63,074 bases of DNA, from the NCBI RefSeq assembly GCF_000760515.2, contig NW_013546634.1, positions 1 through 63,074 on the forward strand. The letters run 5' to 3'. This DNA is from Mitosporidium daphniae. Lineage: Eukaryota. The position numbers and the translations under genes are program-made. The notes under the pieces were generated by a model. The model ran no database searches and had not been told where the DNA came from. It saw only the letters and a list, made by a program, of their open reading frames with translations. Every line of letters begins with the position of its first letter. Position 1 is the stretch's first letter. Below are positions 12,180 to 24,417 of this stretch, piece after piece.

Positions 12180-14285
12180 ATGGGGCATCTGCTTGTAAAC
12201 TACATCTTGGCTCTGGTCGCCACTTGGCTTTGCCTTTTTGCTAGCCATTCCGAGTCAAGGATTTTCCCCTTCAATGTTGCCATCACAATGCAGAATTTGA
12301 CATCCTCAGATCCCAACTTCCCCCCCATCTCGATGTTCGATTACAAAATGGGGTTCTATCCGACACATAATCTCTCCATCGCATCGTCAAGTGATAAAAA
12401 TGGAGAAAAGTTTTACAGCCCCTCGTTGTTTCCCAGGCTTAATTTGATGAATTATCCGGCCTATGCTAGAGTTTCCGCCATCCGCCGTGCCGAAGTGTTC
12501 GTTGAAGGGGAGCTGATGCTTTCCCAGGCGCGCTTCATCAACCAATGCATGCAAAACAACTACGCTTACAACTGGTTCGTCAACGATCACATCCGTGTGA
12601 TCGATGTCAGCTCTTCGCTTCAAGTGTTCAGGGAACTTCTTTTAGAAGAAGAGTCGGCGTTTGACGACTTTTTCACCTCTCTGACTTTGAGCGAATCGTC
12701 GCATGACTCCATCCCGATTGGCAATAAGACGAGCGGAAAATTTTACAACCATTTTTCGTTCATTTTTGTGCTGGAGGAGACATCGACGCCACAAACGGGG
12801 TCCATTAAGGGGATTTTCAAGCCAAACTCGTACCTTACGCTGTTGTATGCCTTTGTGCTTCCAGAGAGGTTTGGCGTTGCACTCATTTTCCGCTTTTAGT
12901 ACCGCCACGACCTCCTTCCAAGAGGACATTGATTTTGGAGATACATATGGCTCCGGAGTCCCCATAAAGATGACGTTCAATGTGCAAACGCGCGTGGTAA
13001 TTTTTGCGGTTGCTTTTTTGATAGCTTTTTGAAAAGGACTACCATTTCACGACGTGGACCGTATGGATCAGGTATTGGCTTCAACGTTGCTCATCCGCCG
13101 TAGCGTGTTTTTTGCTTTTGCCGTGGTGATCCTTCTGTCCCTGATTGTGCTCTTTATTATCCATCAGACGGTTTCTGGGGACATCGAAATGTACAACAAT
13201 CGGCCCCGCTACGAGGCGTTCATGTCCGACATGGATGGCTGGAAATCCCTGCATGGAGATGTATTTAGGCGCCCCTCAAACCCGCTTGTGCTCAGCGTGC
13301 TGGTTGGCGTGGGCGTCCATTTCATCGCCACACTGGCCTTGGCTTTCGGTAAGACACGTCACCTTTGATGCCGACATAGTTTTGCTTTTCTTTGGGCTTG
13401 CTTCGGCCACACAAGACCATTCTTTGGCGTATGTGTTTTTGATTGGCTACCTGTTTCTGTCCTCCGTGTCGGGATACGTGTCATCCAGGTTTTTCAAGCT
13501 TCTCGGGGGCCGGTCCAGCATCAAGTTATTCATTTCCTCTGTTCTTTTCTGCCCCTTGACGGTGTGCATGATATTCACGCTGTTTTCTCTGTTTTTGTCG
13601 TCGTCTTTTGTGTCGCTCAGCTCTGCATTCTATTTTGTATTTATTTTATCGCTCTTTTGTGTTCCTTTGCACGGAATCGGGGCATACTTTGGCGTCAAGG
13701 CTCCAAAGCTTGATGTTCCCGTGCCCACGATGGAGATTCCACGGCCCATTCCTCGCCCCTCCGGATACAAAGTGTTCAGGCCGCTGTATTTGGCAATCAT
13801 TTCTGGGTTGTTTCCAGTTGCTGCCCTTTGGCTTGTCGTCAGGCTGCTGAATTTGGAATTCTGGATCCGTCAAGCGTATTCGACCCTTGCTTTTGTCTCG
13901 CTGGCGACGACCGTCTTTTTCGTGACTGTAGCCGAAGTATCGATCATTTCGACATACATACAGCTGTGCAAGGAGGTATGTCTGTCATTGATCTTACAAA
14001 CATCTAGGACTACCGCTGGTGGTGGAACTCATTTTTGAGTGCCGGTGCCACCGGTGTGTATACGCTTCTGCTGTCATCGGCGAAGCATTTACACTTCATG
14101 TACAACCATGGAATCACCTCGACCAAAATGGTCTATTTCTGCTGGTGCTTTATGCTCTCGCTTGGGGTTTCCATCGTTTCGGGTATGTGTATCTGGTTGG
14201 CTTATTTTCGCAAATAGGTGCCGTTGGGACGCTCGCTGCCTTGTTCTTCATTCGGTATTTGTATTCTTCTGTGAAGCTAGAATGA
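12180..14285 (+). CDS. Transmembrane 9 superfamily (EMP70/nonaspanin) protein
   Basis: Signal peptide, GWKSLHGDVFRRP, PVPTMEIPRPIP, YIQLCKEDYRWWWNSF, C-terminal FIRYLYSSVKLE (KxD/E-type end). Confidence 0.93.
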
Positions 14286-14367
14286 TCCAATGAATAAACA
14301 TTGCTCATTGACACCCTTCTCGTCGTAGTAGTGATCGATTCCATTGCGATTGCCGTAAAATGTACCG

Positions 14368-14433
14368 GTCCGCGGACCAAATACTGTCCGCGGGCCAAAT
14401 ACTGTCCACGGACCGTCCACGGACCGTCCACGG
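14368..14433 (+). repeat. Five copies of a near-palindromic GTCC(G/A)CGG(A/G)CC core (2 x 18 bp, 2 x 11 bp, 1 partial)
   Basis: Read directly from the intergenic sequence. Confidence 0.85.
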
Positions 14434-14555
14434 TTGCGCCAAAACTTTCCATACACTTAACCCTAGCTCACATTTGGCTGATACGAAAATGATGCCTCGA
14501 GATTTCTGAAAATAGGCTTGATTTAATGGAGATTTAACCGCCATTGATCCTTCAA

Positions 14556-16495
14556 ATGTTGGCTTTCGTTTTTACACTCGCCCTTCTTGTTTCAGCATTT
14601 GCTTCAAATGTCTCCCATCAAGACATCCAAATCATCACCTCGACCGCTGCGTTTAACGAGTTTATTTCCACACATCAAGAGTGCCACGTTGCATTCTTAG
14701 CTGATGGATTCCACTTGCACGCAAGTGGAAGCAGGATCTTTGCTCAGCTTCCCGGGATCAAAAAAGGTTTGTCTCCATCTTCCAATCAGGTTCGTTAGGA
14801 ATTTCGGCGCCAAGGCGCGACAACATTGCTTTCGTCGTTTGCTCATCAGAGTCCTCCAAGTATTTGTGTCAAAACTGGATGGAAGACTCGCCCCACACAA
14901 ACTTTGTCGTGCTAACGTTTGAGAACGGAGTTGAGACCCAGCGGAACATTCCAGACAAAGCCCATGCCCCACAACCCAGTCCCAGGAAGCCTTTACATGC
15001 GAGTACAAACACTTCAGGTGCAAACGTGAGCGAGTTAGCATTGGTGCCGAGCACTTTCATTGGCGTAACTTGAGCAAGGTTTTATTGTAGGCCACAGGTA
15101 ACGGCTCAAATTGGATGGTAAAGTTCTTCTCCCCATCCTGCACGCATTGCCAGAAATTCGAGCAAGAATGGGCCCATTATTGCCAGCTTTTGCGTGTTCA
15201 CGACATCCCAATGATTGCTGCCAGTGTTGACTGTGTGCAGAGTAAAAGGCTTTGCAGGGAGATGGATATTCACACCCTCCCAACGGTAAAATACTACATC
15301 GCTGGCAAGCCGGTAGCTTTCCACCTCTTTACATTGTAGGATTGGGGTTCGCTTGGCGGCAAAAAAACAGCAGAGGCTCTCTTTGCGCTTGCCATCTCCC
15401 AGACCAGGTTATTGGCGCGGTTTGCTTATTTTAGATATCTGCCGCTGTCTGTGACCAGCTCTGAGGTTCTGGAGGCTTTCAAATTTAATTTGCAGCAAAA
15501 GATTTCGTCAAAATCATTCTTCATATTTCCGAGCAACACGGATGGCGTTGCAGAGGGGACAAAGCCCGCCGTTCTCGATTCGCTCTTTATGCTGTTTCGA
15601 CATTTCTTCAACCGAATATTTCCGGTATTCCGAGTGGAGGGGTCGCTTTTAACCGGTTCTGCATGCACTGGAGATATTTTGTTTTTCCATTCATCGAAAG
15701 AAAGTCCATCTTCTTTTAACGTTACGGGCCCGTCTTTTTTTAACGCTACGGGCCCGTCTTCATCAGCTACCGCGGAAAATGTGACTGCTGCTGCTTTCAA
15801 ATGGGCCCTTGGGCGTATATTTGGCCCCCGATCTCAACCGGTGGCGGTCACGCAGATCATTGCGCAAATTATCTTCACAGAGTCCCTGATCAAGTATTAC
15901 GTTGAAAAAATAGTGCTGGTCATGATAGATGGAAACATGGCCGATAACATGCCTGTCTCCAATTCGCTCCAATCGTTCGCAAAGGATTCTAAAATCATGT
16001 GCAGCGATGGCGACACAAGGTACTGCAATTTTCTTTTTGCTGCCGTTGATTACCAAAAATTTGGGATCCATCTGGACGAAGCCTTTGGCAAGACAAATGC
16101 CGCAACATTGCCGCGAACGGTGGTTTTGAAATACATTGAAGATCACGCGATCGCGTACGACATTTTGCAGCTGGGAGGGCAATCGTTTTTCAATGCGAGT
16201 CTATCGCTATTGGGAAACATCATGGGCGAAATTGATGGCGGCATTTTGGAGGTACGTACACGTTGCGGCAACATCTTTAACTTAGGGTTCCTTGGTAAAG
16301 AGCTACAAATTCAAAAATATCATCTTCGAATCTTCCAGCGGCGTCGGTGTGCATTCAGCCCCAGTGCCAAGCTATAGCTCCACTTTTATTGTCTGCATGT
16401 TGGTTGCCATTGGGATAGTGTTTTTCTTGACCATTGCTGCATGTTATGTCTTTTGCCCCCGCGAGAAGGTTAAAGGGCATAGTTGGCTCAAATAA
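14556..16495 (+). CDS. ER thioredoxin/PDI-family membrane protein (TMX3/Eps1-like)
   Basis: Signal peptide MLAFVFTLALLVSAFA, WMVKFFSPSCTHCQKF (CxxC), VDC...LC...IHTLPTVKYY, C-terminal transmembrane helix and short basic tail. Confidence 0.8.
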
Positions 16496-16724
16496 AAACT
16501 CCAAGAGGGTTAAAAATGGCTCCAAGACGGTTAAAAATGGCTCCAAGAGGGTTAAAGAGGGTTAAACAGGGCTAAACAGGGCTAAACAGGGCTAAACAGG
16601 GTTAAAGCAAAGCTCAAAATGGCTCAAAGAGGGTTAAAGAGGGCTAAACAGGGTTAAAGCAAAGCTCAAAATGGCTCAAAGAGGGTTAAAGCAAAGCTCA
16701 ACATCGCTCAAAGCAAAGCTCAAA
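16494..16724 (+). repeat. Composite minisatellite of ~10-bp units (AGAGGGTTAA / ACAGGGCTAA / GCAAAGCTCA / AAATGGCTC)
   Basis: Read directly between the PDI-like stop and the TOG gene start. Confidence 0.9.
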
Positions 16725-16811
16725 TAAAGGCCCAAGTTGTGCACCCAATTTTTGGCGCCATTTTCATCCAAAATCTGAAATTATAATCAATTCTGCATTT
16801 GTTGCCGACCA

Positions 16812-19800
16812 ATGATGGCAAACTCCCCAGCTGTAACGGAGGAATCTCAACCAAATTATTCGGCGCTTGCCATAGAGGATCTTGTTCGAGACAAAGTTTG
16901 GAAGGCACGTGTATCCGGCTACGGGCGGCTTGCTGAAATTCTATCTTCTCTCTCTTCCGCGTCTTCGCCAATTGAAATTGTGCGGAAATATGCAGACTTA
17001 ATGCACCTGATTCCTATGGATTATAATGCTGCCGCCTTGGATGCAGGCCTGGCCCCGCTTATCTTTTGGATCAAAGCATCCAATTCAGATCCTTTTTTCA
17101 GGTATGCATGCCACTTTTAGCTCTCCTACACACGTGTCATTTATTGAAGCAATTAATGCCCTTCCATAGGTCTGTCCGTCGCGATTTGATCGGCCCTTTG
17201 GTGGAGAAAGGGCTAAATTCATCAAGAACATCCACGAAGGCGCAATCGCTCGAATCGCTTGTCGAAATTGCCGTTAAAGACGGGACATCGGTCCTCTTTG
17301 TAAGTTTTGGATGTCGGATTTTATTTCAGGATGCGCTTTCAGAATTGTTGACGCACAAAAATGCCAAGGTGGTTGCATGTGCAATTTCTGCAGCCTCCTC
17401 CATCATTCAGGAGCTTGGCACTACACACGCGCAATGTAAGGGCCTTTTGAGCTCCCTCTCGAGGCTCTTTTCAGAAACAGACAAGGGCGTCAGAGCAGAG
17501 GTATTTCCCTGCACAAACATTCAACTTAGTCCTTCATATTGGCAAAGGAGCTTTATAGATGGATGGGCCCCTCGCTAAGTGCATATTTATGTTCGCTGAA
17601 GCCCGTACAATTGAAAGAGCTTTCTGAAGAGTTTTCCAACATCGACAAAATGGTCGGTTATTTGGTTTTTGATATCTTTAGCCTCCTGTTGCTCCCAAAA
17701 GGAGATTGGCTAGTGAAAAAAGTGCACCCGTCATCTCGGTGTCGGCGGAAGAAAAACCTAGTGTCGACGCTTGTGACGACGAACCGTCCTCTTTGGATTC
17801 CATAGAGTATGATATATGGGAATCAGCTCCGGAAGTAGAAATCTCGGCTCTTTTTCATTCAACAACAGAAACCCTGCTGGCTTCCGCTTGGAAGGAAAAA
17901 AAGGCGCTTTTGGATGCGCTTGGAGATGCTTTAAACCCCTCTCCAAGGCTAAAGCTCGCCAGTGGCAGGCTTTTGGAGGAAATCATCTGTGCTCTTGGCC
18001 GTCTGATATCTATAGATGTGAACATTGCCGTGGTGCTCTCCTCCGCCAGATGTGTTGAGCGGATTGCACATGCAACAAGAGCCAATTTCCCTGCCGGCAA
18101 GCATCCGGTTCTTATTTTGCACGCTTTGCTTGGTCGCACGCGTGAGAAAAAAAGCTCCGTCGTCGATTGCTTGATGGCAGCGGCACAGGCAATCCTATCG
18201 CGGTGCGCTCCTCCCATAACGTTCCAAAGCATCCTTGAGGCTGTTGGCATTGGGACCGGCACATCTCTGCTCGGAAACAAGGTATCAGCAGCGATATTTT
18301 ATTGGACTCTAGGTGCCAACTGTAAAGATCGAGTCTTTACGATTGCTCCTATGGTCACTAAAAAAGTATCGGCTTGTGCCGACCAAAGGCGAGCTTTCTG
18401 CGCTTCTGTCGTCCTCAGACCCACCGCTGCACTCGCTCACTGCCGATAGTGCAGGTGAGGTCCGAGATATCGCGTGCGAGGTCTTTGGAGCATTATTACT
18501 GCGATGCGGGAACAACAATCTTATCCTTCAAAAGGCGTTGGAAACCATTGGCGACAAGCTCAAAATATCGAAAATACAAGCATTTTCCAGAGACGACACT
18601 TGTTCATCCGAAAATGGCGTCGCCCCCAATTTATTGTCCACCGCTTCAGGCTCAACACTGAGCACGCCAACCCAGCCGACCAAGCAGATGGCAACGGCTC
18701 CTCGGTCTGCAAGCCAGGCAAAGCCTATCAAAATTGGAGCAAAGCCTTCTCATACTTCTGTGAAGCCATCGACCATTGGTGCTTCCAACCAAAAGGCTGC
18801 TCACGACATCGATAAGAACTGCCTCACACTTCCGGAGCCTACTATGTCCGAGTCGACGGCAAAAGACATGATAGGTGCAATTGTGCCAACGTTGCTGAAT
18901 CCCAGCAGCAATTGGAAGGAACGGTTGGCTACGGTGGAGCGGTCGGTTGATCCCCTTTGTGCCGCTGTCAAGGGAAAACAAATTACCCTTGAAAGCCTTG
19001 TGATGGCTACGTCATCAAATATTTCATCCGAATCTGTCGTGGCGGTAATCTTGGCGCAGTTGAATATGCTTGAGGCCACGATCGCATCGATCGAGTCGCA
19101 GGCCTCCCAATTTTGTGTCGATGCCCAACGCTCGTTGTCTTCTCTGCTTACCATTGCCATGAAGTGCCTCGGCGATTTGAAGGCATCTGCGCCATTTTCA
19201 AAATTGGTTTTAACCATCGAGCGCATTTGCAGTGAGCGAAACGGCAAGACTGCAGAAATATTAACGTGTTCGCTTATAAACGCACTGGGCAAGGCCTCTT
19301 CGTTTCCAAAGGCAACAATGGGCGCCTTTTCGCTTTGCTCTTTACTTGTTCCGCGCATGTGTTCTAAAGCTTCGCCTCTGGATCACTCTTGCGTTGAGCT
19401 GATGAAAGGATGGATTTCGTCGCACATGGCTTCGGCTCAACCGGCACTGAGAAATGCAGCGCTCTCCTTTGCAGGCCTTGTCTTGTCGCATCATAATCTG
19501 GCTCCTATGGGCTATGCTTCTCTGGGGCTTTCAAAGCCTCCCGAACTGTCTACATGTTGTTCCCATCCTTGCTCGCGAGATTCTCGAGACATTCATCCAC
19601 CCGCACCAGGGTCATCAGCACCAGCCAACAATATGCCATTTACGGCAAATGTCGTTCCGCAGACACAACCCGATGTTGAACTTCCCACCGCGCTATGCAC
19701 AGCTGTTTCTGCTTCTTCTTCTTCTGCGCCCCATGCAATACTCATCAGTCCGTGTACGATGGCAACACTGTGCTCTTCGGCTTGGAAAGAAAGGAAGGCA

Positions 19801-22800
19801 GCTTTGGATGCGATTTCGATGCAAATTTCGGAGTTGCCCGAGTTTTCGATTACCGGGACGGTCTCCTTTGCAGACCTTGTTGAGCAGCTAAGTAAACGAT
19901 TTGAGGACTCGAATAAAAACATCGCAGTGCAGGCGCTCGAGCTGTTCCGATGCCTGATTTCTCGGATTGACCTGGACTTTTCAAACTGCTTCCGCACCAT
20001 ATCCAACGTGTTGCCTGTGCTGATCAACTCGCTTTCGGACTTGAAAAGCCCTAATAGAGTGGCGGCACATGCTGCGCTAACGTCTGTTGCCACCTTTGCT
20101 GGGGAGAACCATATTGCGGCTCTTATTTCCGAGGTGCTGGGGCGTGTCGATGGCCATCCTCAAATGAAGAAGGAAATCCTGCTTTGGTTGGACAGCAACC
20201 TTCCTACATCCAATTCGGATGGCCGTCTTGAGGACGTTGGTGCAACCAGTCTTCCCACAAATGATCGGGGAGCAGCTTATTCGCTAGAGATGGCCAACGC
20301 CCTAGTTGGTGCCGGGTCGACATCCAAATTTTTCCTCGCATCCTTTCTTCCAAGCATGCTACAAGATCGCCTTCCAGAGTGTCGTCGGGCAGCCCTCTCC
20401 ATTTTAGGGAAACTTGTGTTGGTGCTAGGAATGGACGTCGTTAAAGCTTCTATTTTGCAGCACTCTCAAAAAGGGTCCCCTCTTCTACCGGCAATTTCTA
20501 GTTTGATGGGGACAAGTCTATCATGCTCGACATCAATGGGCTCCTCGACAAACATTCCACAACTGCCCTCTGCATGTCGTACGACACCGCTCAAAACGCT
20601 TGGGTTAAATTCGCCAATGCAGAACGGATCGCTTCAAATGGGCGTCTCCGGTAAAGGTCCCCTCAGTAGTTCTTTTGATGGCATCAATCGCTCTTGTTCC
20701 CCTGCTCCTTCAAGTCGAATTCCGACAGTCCAGCCGGTTGCATCATTCCCTTCCATCAATTTTCCGTTTTCCGCAGCGTCAGTACCAGCATTGCCTTCTC
20801 CGCCGTTTTTGGCAGACCTTTCTAATAGTGTCCTTGTGCAAAGACTGGTCTCCGTGCTTGATACCTCCATAAACAATGGAGCGCCTCTTTCGATCATCGA
20901 ATCTCTTCGTAGCCAACGAATGCGGGACAGCACCCCGCAGGCAGATATGATTGCGCTTATTGGAAGGCAATCGGTGCCCATGCACATCCAGAACCCAATC
21001 TCCCCGCAATGGCGCGCTGCCGATTCGCTTCTTGAGATTGGGATCTTTTGTCCCTCATGGGTGCGCTCGCTGCTGCTTTCAGATGAAAAGGTGCTTTTGG
21101 CGGCACTGGAGGCGCTTCGGACAGCCATTCCATCACATCTGCTCTCCAAGGCCATTGTTTCAGTGATGGCAGAGCCACTTCTCCGGTCAGTTATGATGTG
21201 CGTGATTGGGAGAGGCGATTTCACGGACACTTTATCTTCAAAATCAATGGAAATGTCGTCAAGGGCGCAGATATCATCGAGTGCTGTAATGCTGTCGGCT
21301 CTAGATGCTATTGAGGAAATATCTGGGACCCTTGAAAGTCATAGTGGCCGCTTGGCAGCGTCCGAGGCCACTCACTTGGCCCTATTCCTTATCTCGCTCT
21401 CGACACTTGATCCCAGAGAGGCGGTTCGCCAGCGAGCACGAAGGTTCCTCACAGATGGGTTCCTGCGGATTTATCCTGCAAGCAAGCTATTGAGCCCCCT
21501 TCTTATTGATCTTGTTGAGGCAACTTCCGCTGGCATGTCGATGCAGGAGTCATCAAAAGAGGTGGCTTCTGATCCCTCAGGCCTGCTTGCCTTGGCGTTG
21601 CCGCTTGCTGCATCTGTAAGGGCTCGGTCTGAGCTTGCAGATCTCGCATCTACGGTCATCCAACGCGTGGGTCCCATCCTCCTTGCTTCCAATAGTTCAG
21701 ATACCGAGTCTAGGGTTGGGCCAGAGGCAACCTCTGGATTGAGGCCAAAGTCAGACTCCAGGCCAGACTCCAGGCCAGAATCGAAATCGGTCCCAGAGTT
21801 TGACATTTCAGAGCTCTCTCGGAGAATCGTAGATGTTGCTGCCATGGCCCTGGCGTGCAATGAAAGCGATTCACTGGTACGGAGATCTCTAATCGGAATG
21901 CTTTCTGCTCTTGCCTCTGCCATTCCGGCCACTCAACTAGTAGAGCTTCTTAAGGGAAAGTTTGGAGAATTTCTCTCCTGTGGACGAACTATCATCGGAG
22001 GGGATGCGGAGCTTGCGTCTATCATAGAAAAGATCATAGTATCGACACAGAGGGTTTTGCCAAATTCCCCAAGACCCTTTCTACACGCGGCAGCTTTGGG
22101 CTCGCCTTTGGCACAGACAAAACGAGCAGCAAATGCCATGGGCGGTTCGCCATTGTCAGCCCACCTGCGGCAGCGGAAAAAAGATTTGCTTGCAAAGCTT
22201 GATGCGGCGCAAGACGACGAAGAAAGACTCCCGGCTTCTCTTGCAGATCTCTCGATGGATAATATTTGCGTCAATCCGGAGGGAATGATAGAAATTGTTG
22301 ATGGGCACCAATCAAGCGATAGCTCTTGTGCAATCAAAGGTCATGGCGATCCTATAGAAGCGAATCTTGCCCACGATCCAGTTGATGTCAACATTGAGCT
22401 GCTTTTGCAGCAAATATCATCTCCAGAGAGCGCGACGGCCCTTGAGGCTGTTGGGGTACTTTCATTCAAGCTTCCTTCATCTACGGGAACGGGTTCTCGC
22501 TCCGATGCCGCAGAGTGTTCATTACTTGCCCCATATACCCAAATGCTCTGTGTAGTACTTTGCCGGAGAATCAAAAAGGCTCTTTCGTGCAAGCTTTCAA
22601 TGGAAGAAACTCGGGTTGCAGAAGAAGCGCTCGGAACTCTGCTAGCAGTGGCTCTCAATGCCTCTCTGCTGGAAACTGTTAGGCGCCCAGGAATCGAGGC
22701 CCTGTTTGATCTGCTTCTCTCTTCAGGCCTATTGCAAGTTGTGGAGGCAGAGAGCTCCTCTGCCACGTTGCCGCTTATTTCAAATCTGGTGCTAAAGGCA

Positions 22801-23574
22801 GTGATCTCGAACGCCCATCCGGGCCATGTAATTGGTCTGCTCATAGAGTGGTGCTCAACAGTCGTGTCGACCGGTTCGCCATCCCCCAGTCCATCCATCA
22901 CGGGAGAGACAGTTCTGCAATGTCTATGGCGGGCATCGAGGAACTTTGAGATCTTTCTAGGAAAAGGAACCGGATCTCCATATCAGCACCGAGACGTGCT
23001 TGCTGAGATTCTGTCCTCGTGTCTCTACTTTATCCGGCGAAATCCGGTTTCTGCTTGGAGCTCCTATAAAGGCATCAATGAGACCACGGTTCGAAGCATC
23101 AAGACGATCCTGCAACAAGTAGCAAGATGGGCAGCCTGCTCAAACGTATCCCTCAATACTGTTGTTCCACCTGTTCGAAATGTCCCCAATGAAGGCGAGG
23201 CTAGCGAATCCCTTCATCTGCTACTTTCGCATCTGACTGGAAACGACAAGTCCGTCTCTGCCAATGACGTGGGTGGTATGGATACAGCCAATGACCATGG
23301 CTCGGGTGATGCGGATGCAAGTTTTGACCGTCGTCCCAACAATGATGGCGGCAGTGGAAATGCAGAAATGACCATCGATGCATATCGAAGTCGACTCTCC
23401 GGGTACACAAGTGAATTTTATCGGTTGACCGGTGCAGATGGATCTATCGCCACGAAGCCCGTGGACTCTCCTGTGAGCGAAATGAAAAAAGCAACCCTTT
23501 TGGCATCTTCTAATCTGTCTATCCAAATCTCATCGATCAAAGAGAGGCTTGCTAAAATTAGGGACTCGCGCTAG
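16812..23574 (+). CDS. STU2: XMAP215/Stu2/ch-TOG microtubule polymerase
   Basis: Repeated TOG HEAT-A motifs (KVWKARV, SAWKEKK, SNWKERL, SAWKERK) and ELYRWMG...LKPVQLKEL. Several 5' introns, then one ~5.2-kb exon. Confidence 0.9.
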
Positions 23575-23668
23575 AGGTGAACAACTTTGGCTTTTTCAAT
23601 TAAATTTCCAATTTGTTTTTATTTGGCATACGCGCATCATACCATCATACTGCCATACCTTGCGAAGG

Positions 23669-24340
23669 ATGCCATCGTTGCCGTCATCCCAAGCCTTTTC
23701 GCCCGAAAATGGCAATCCTAGCTGTGAAAAGGTTGAATTGCAGTTGGCCGGTGCCGGCGCGATGGCGGCAGCAGAGGCCGATTCAAAGCCCGAAATGGGA
23801 TTGATTGTTCCGAAAAGGAATGTTTCCGACCTTTCGTCGCTTTTTGACCGCCTGTCGCTCGAAAAAAGTGCTAACCCTCCATCCCATATGGTCGAAGTGA
23901 GATTCTGCAACGCTCTGCCAACCGCAGATGAAATCAAAGCCCATATTTTGGCCAAATCCAAAATCCATGCCTCAACATATTCCATCGTCGATCCGGATGC
24001 AGAGGCCTGTCGGATCACACTTGTCTTCAACACACTTGCTTCGGCTGCCTCTTTTGTCAATGCAAATATGCTTTCATCCACAGCAGACGCTGGCCAAATA
24101 GCGGCCACCTCTTGTTCTACAAGGCCAACAGGGTGTGATCATATCGGAGAGTCACGCTCCAACTTGACCACAGATGTGATGGAACCAGCTGCAGCGACGT
24201 TGAGCATCCCGCCCCCGTATTCCCTTATGGTGAAATCAGCAACTTATGTGACCAAGGCCAGTAGACCTGTAGATAGACCGAGAACATGCGCAGTAGCATC
24301 GAGGATGATTAAACATGCCCTTTCAAGAGCCCCAAAATAG
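23669..24340 (+). CDS. R3HCC1/R3HCC1L-like protein (atypical RRM plus RPxT...ASRMIKHAL motif)
   Basis: HMVEVRFCNALPTADEI...LVFNTLASAASF and RPRTCAVASRMIKHALS resemble the R3HCC1L C-terminal region. Confidence 0.55.
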   Translation: MPSLPSSQAFSPENGNPSCEKVELQLAGAGAMAAAEADSKPEMGLIVPKRNVSDLSSLFDRLSLEKSANPPSHMVEVRFCNALPTADEIKAHILAKSKIHASTYSIVDPDAEACRITLVFNTLASAASFVNANMLSSTADAGQIAATSCSTRPTGCDHIGESRSNLTTDVMEPAAATLSIPPPYSLMVKSATYVTKASRPVDRPRTCAVASRMIKHALSRAPK

Positions 24341-24417
24341 CCACGGCCTGCAGTTTGTTTCTAAAAAAATTCACAACAGCAATTTTGGACACAACATTTT
24401 ACAAAATTTATCAGCCT

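Noticed and set aside
16494..16724. CRISPR-like array
   Set aside because: No unique spacers, no cas genes, and a eukaryotic context. It is a minisatellite.
18801..22901. Several 130-200 aa minus-strand ORFs
   Set aside because: Antisense shadows of the long STU2 exon with no recognisable motifs.
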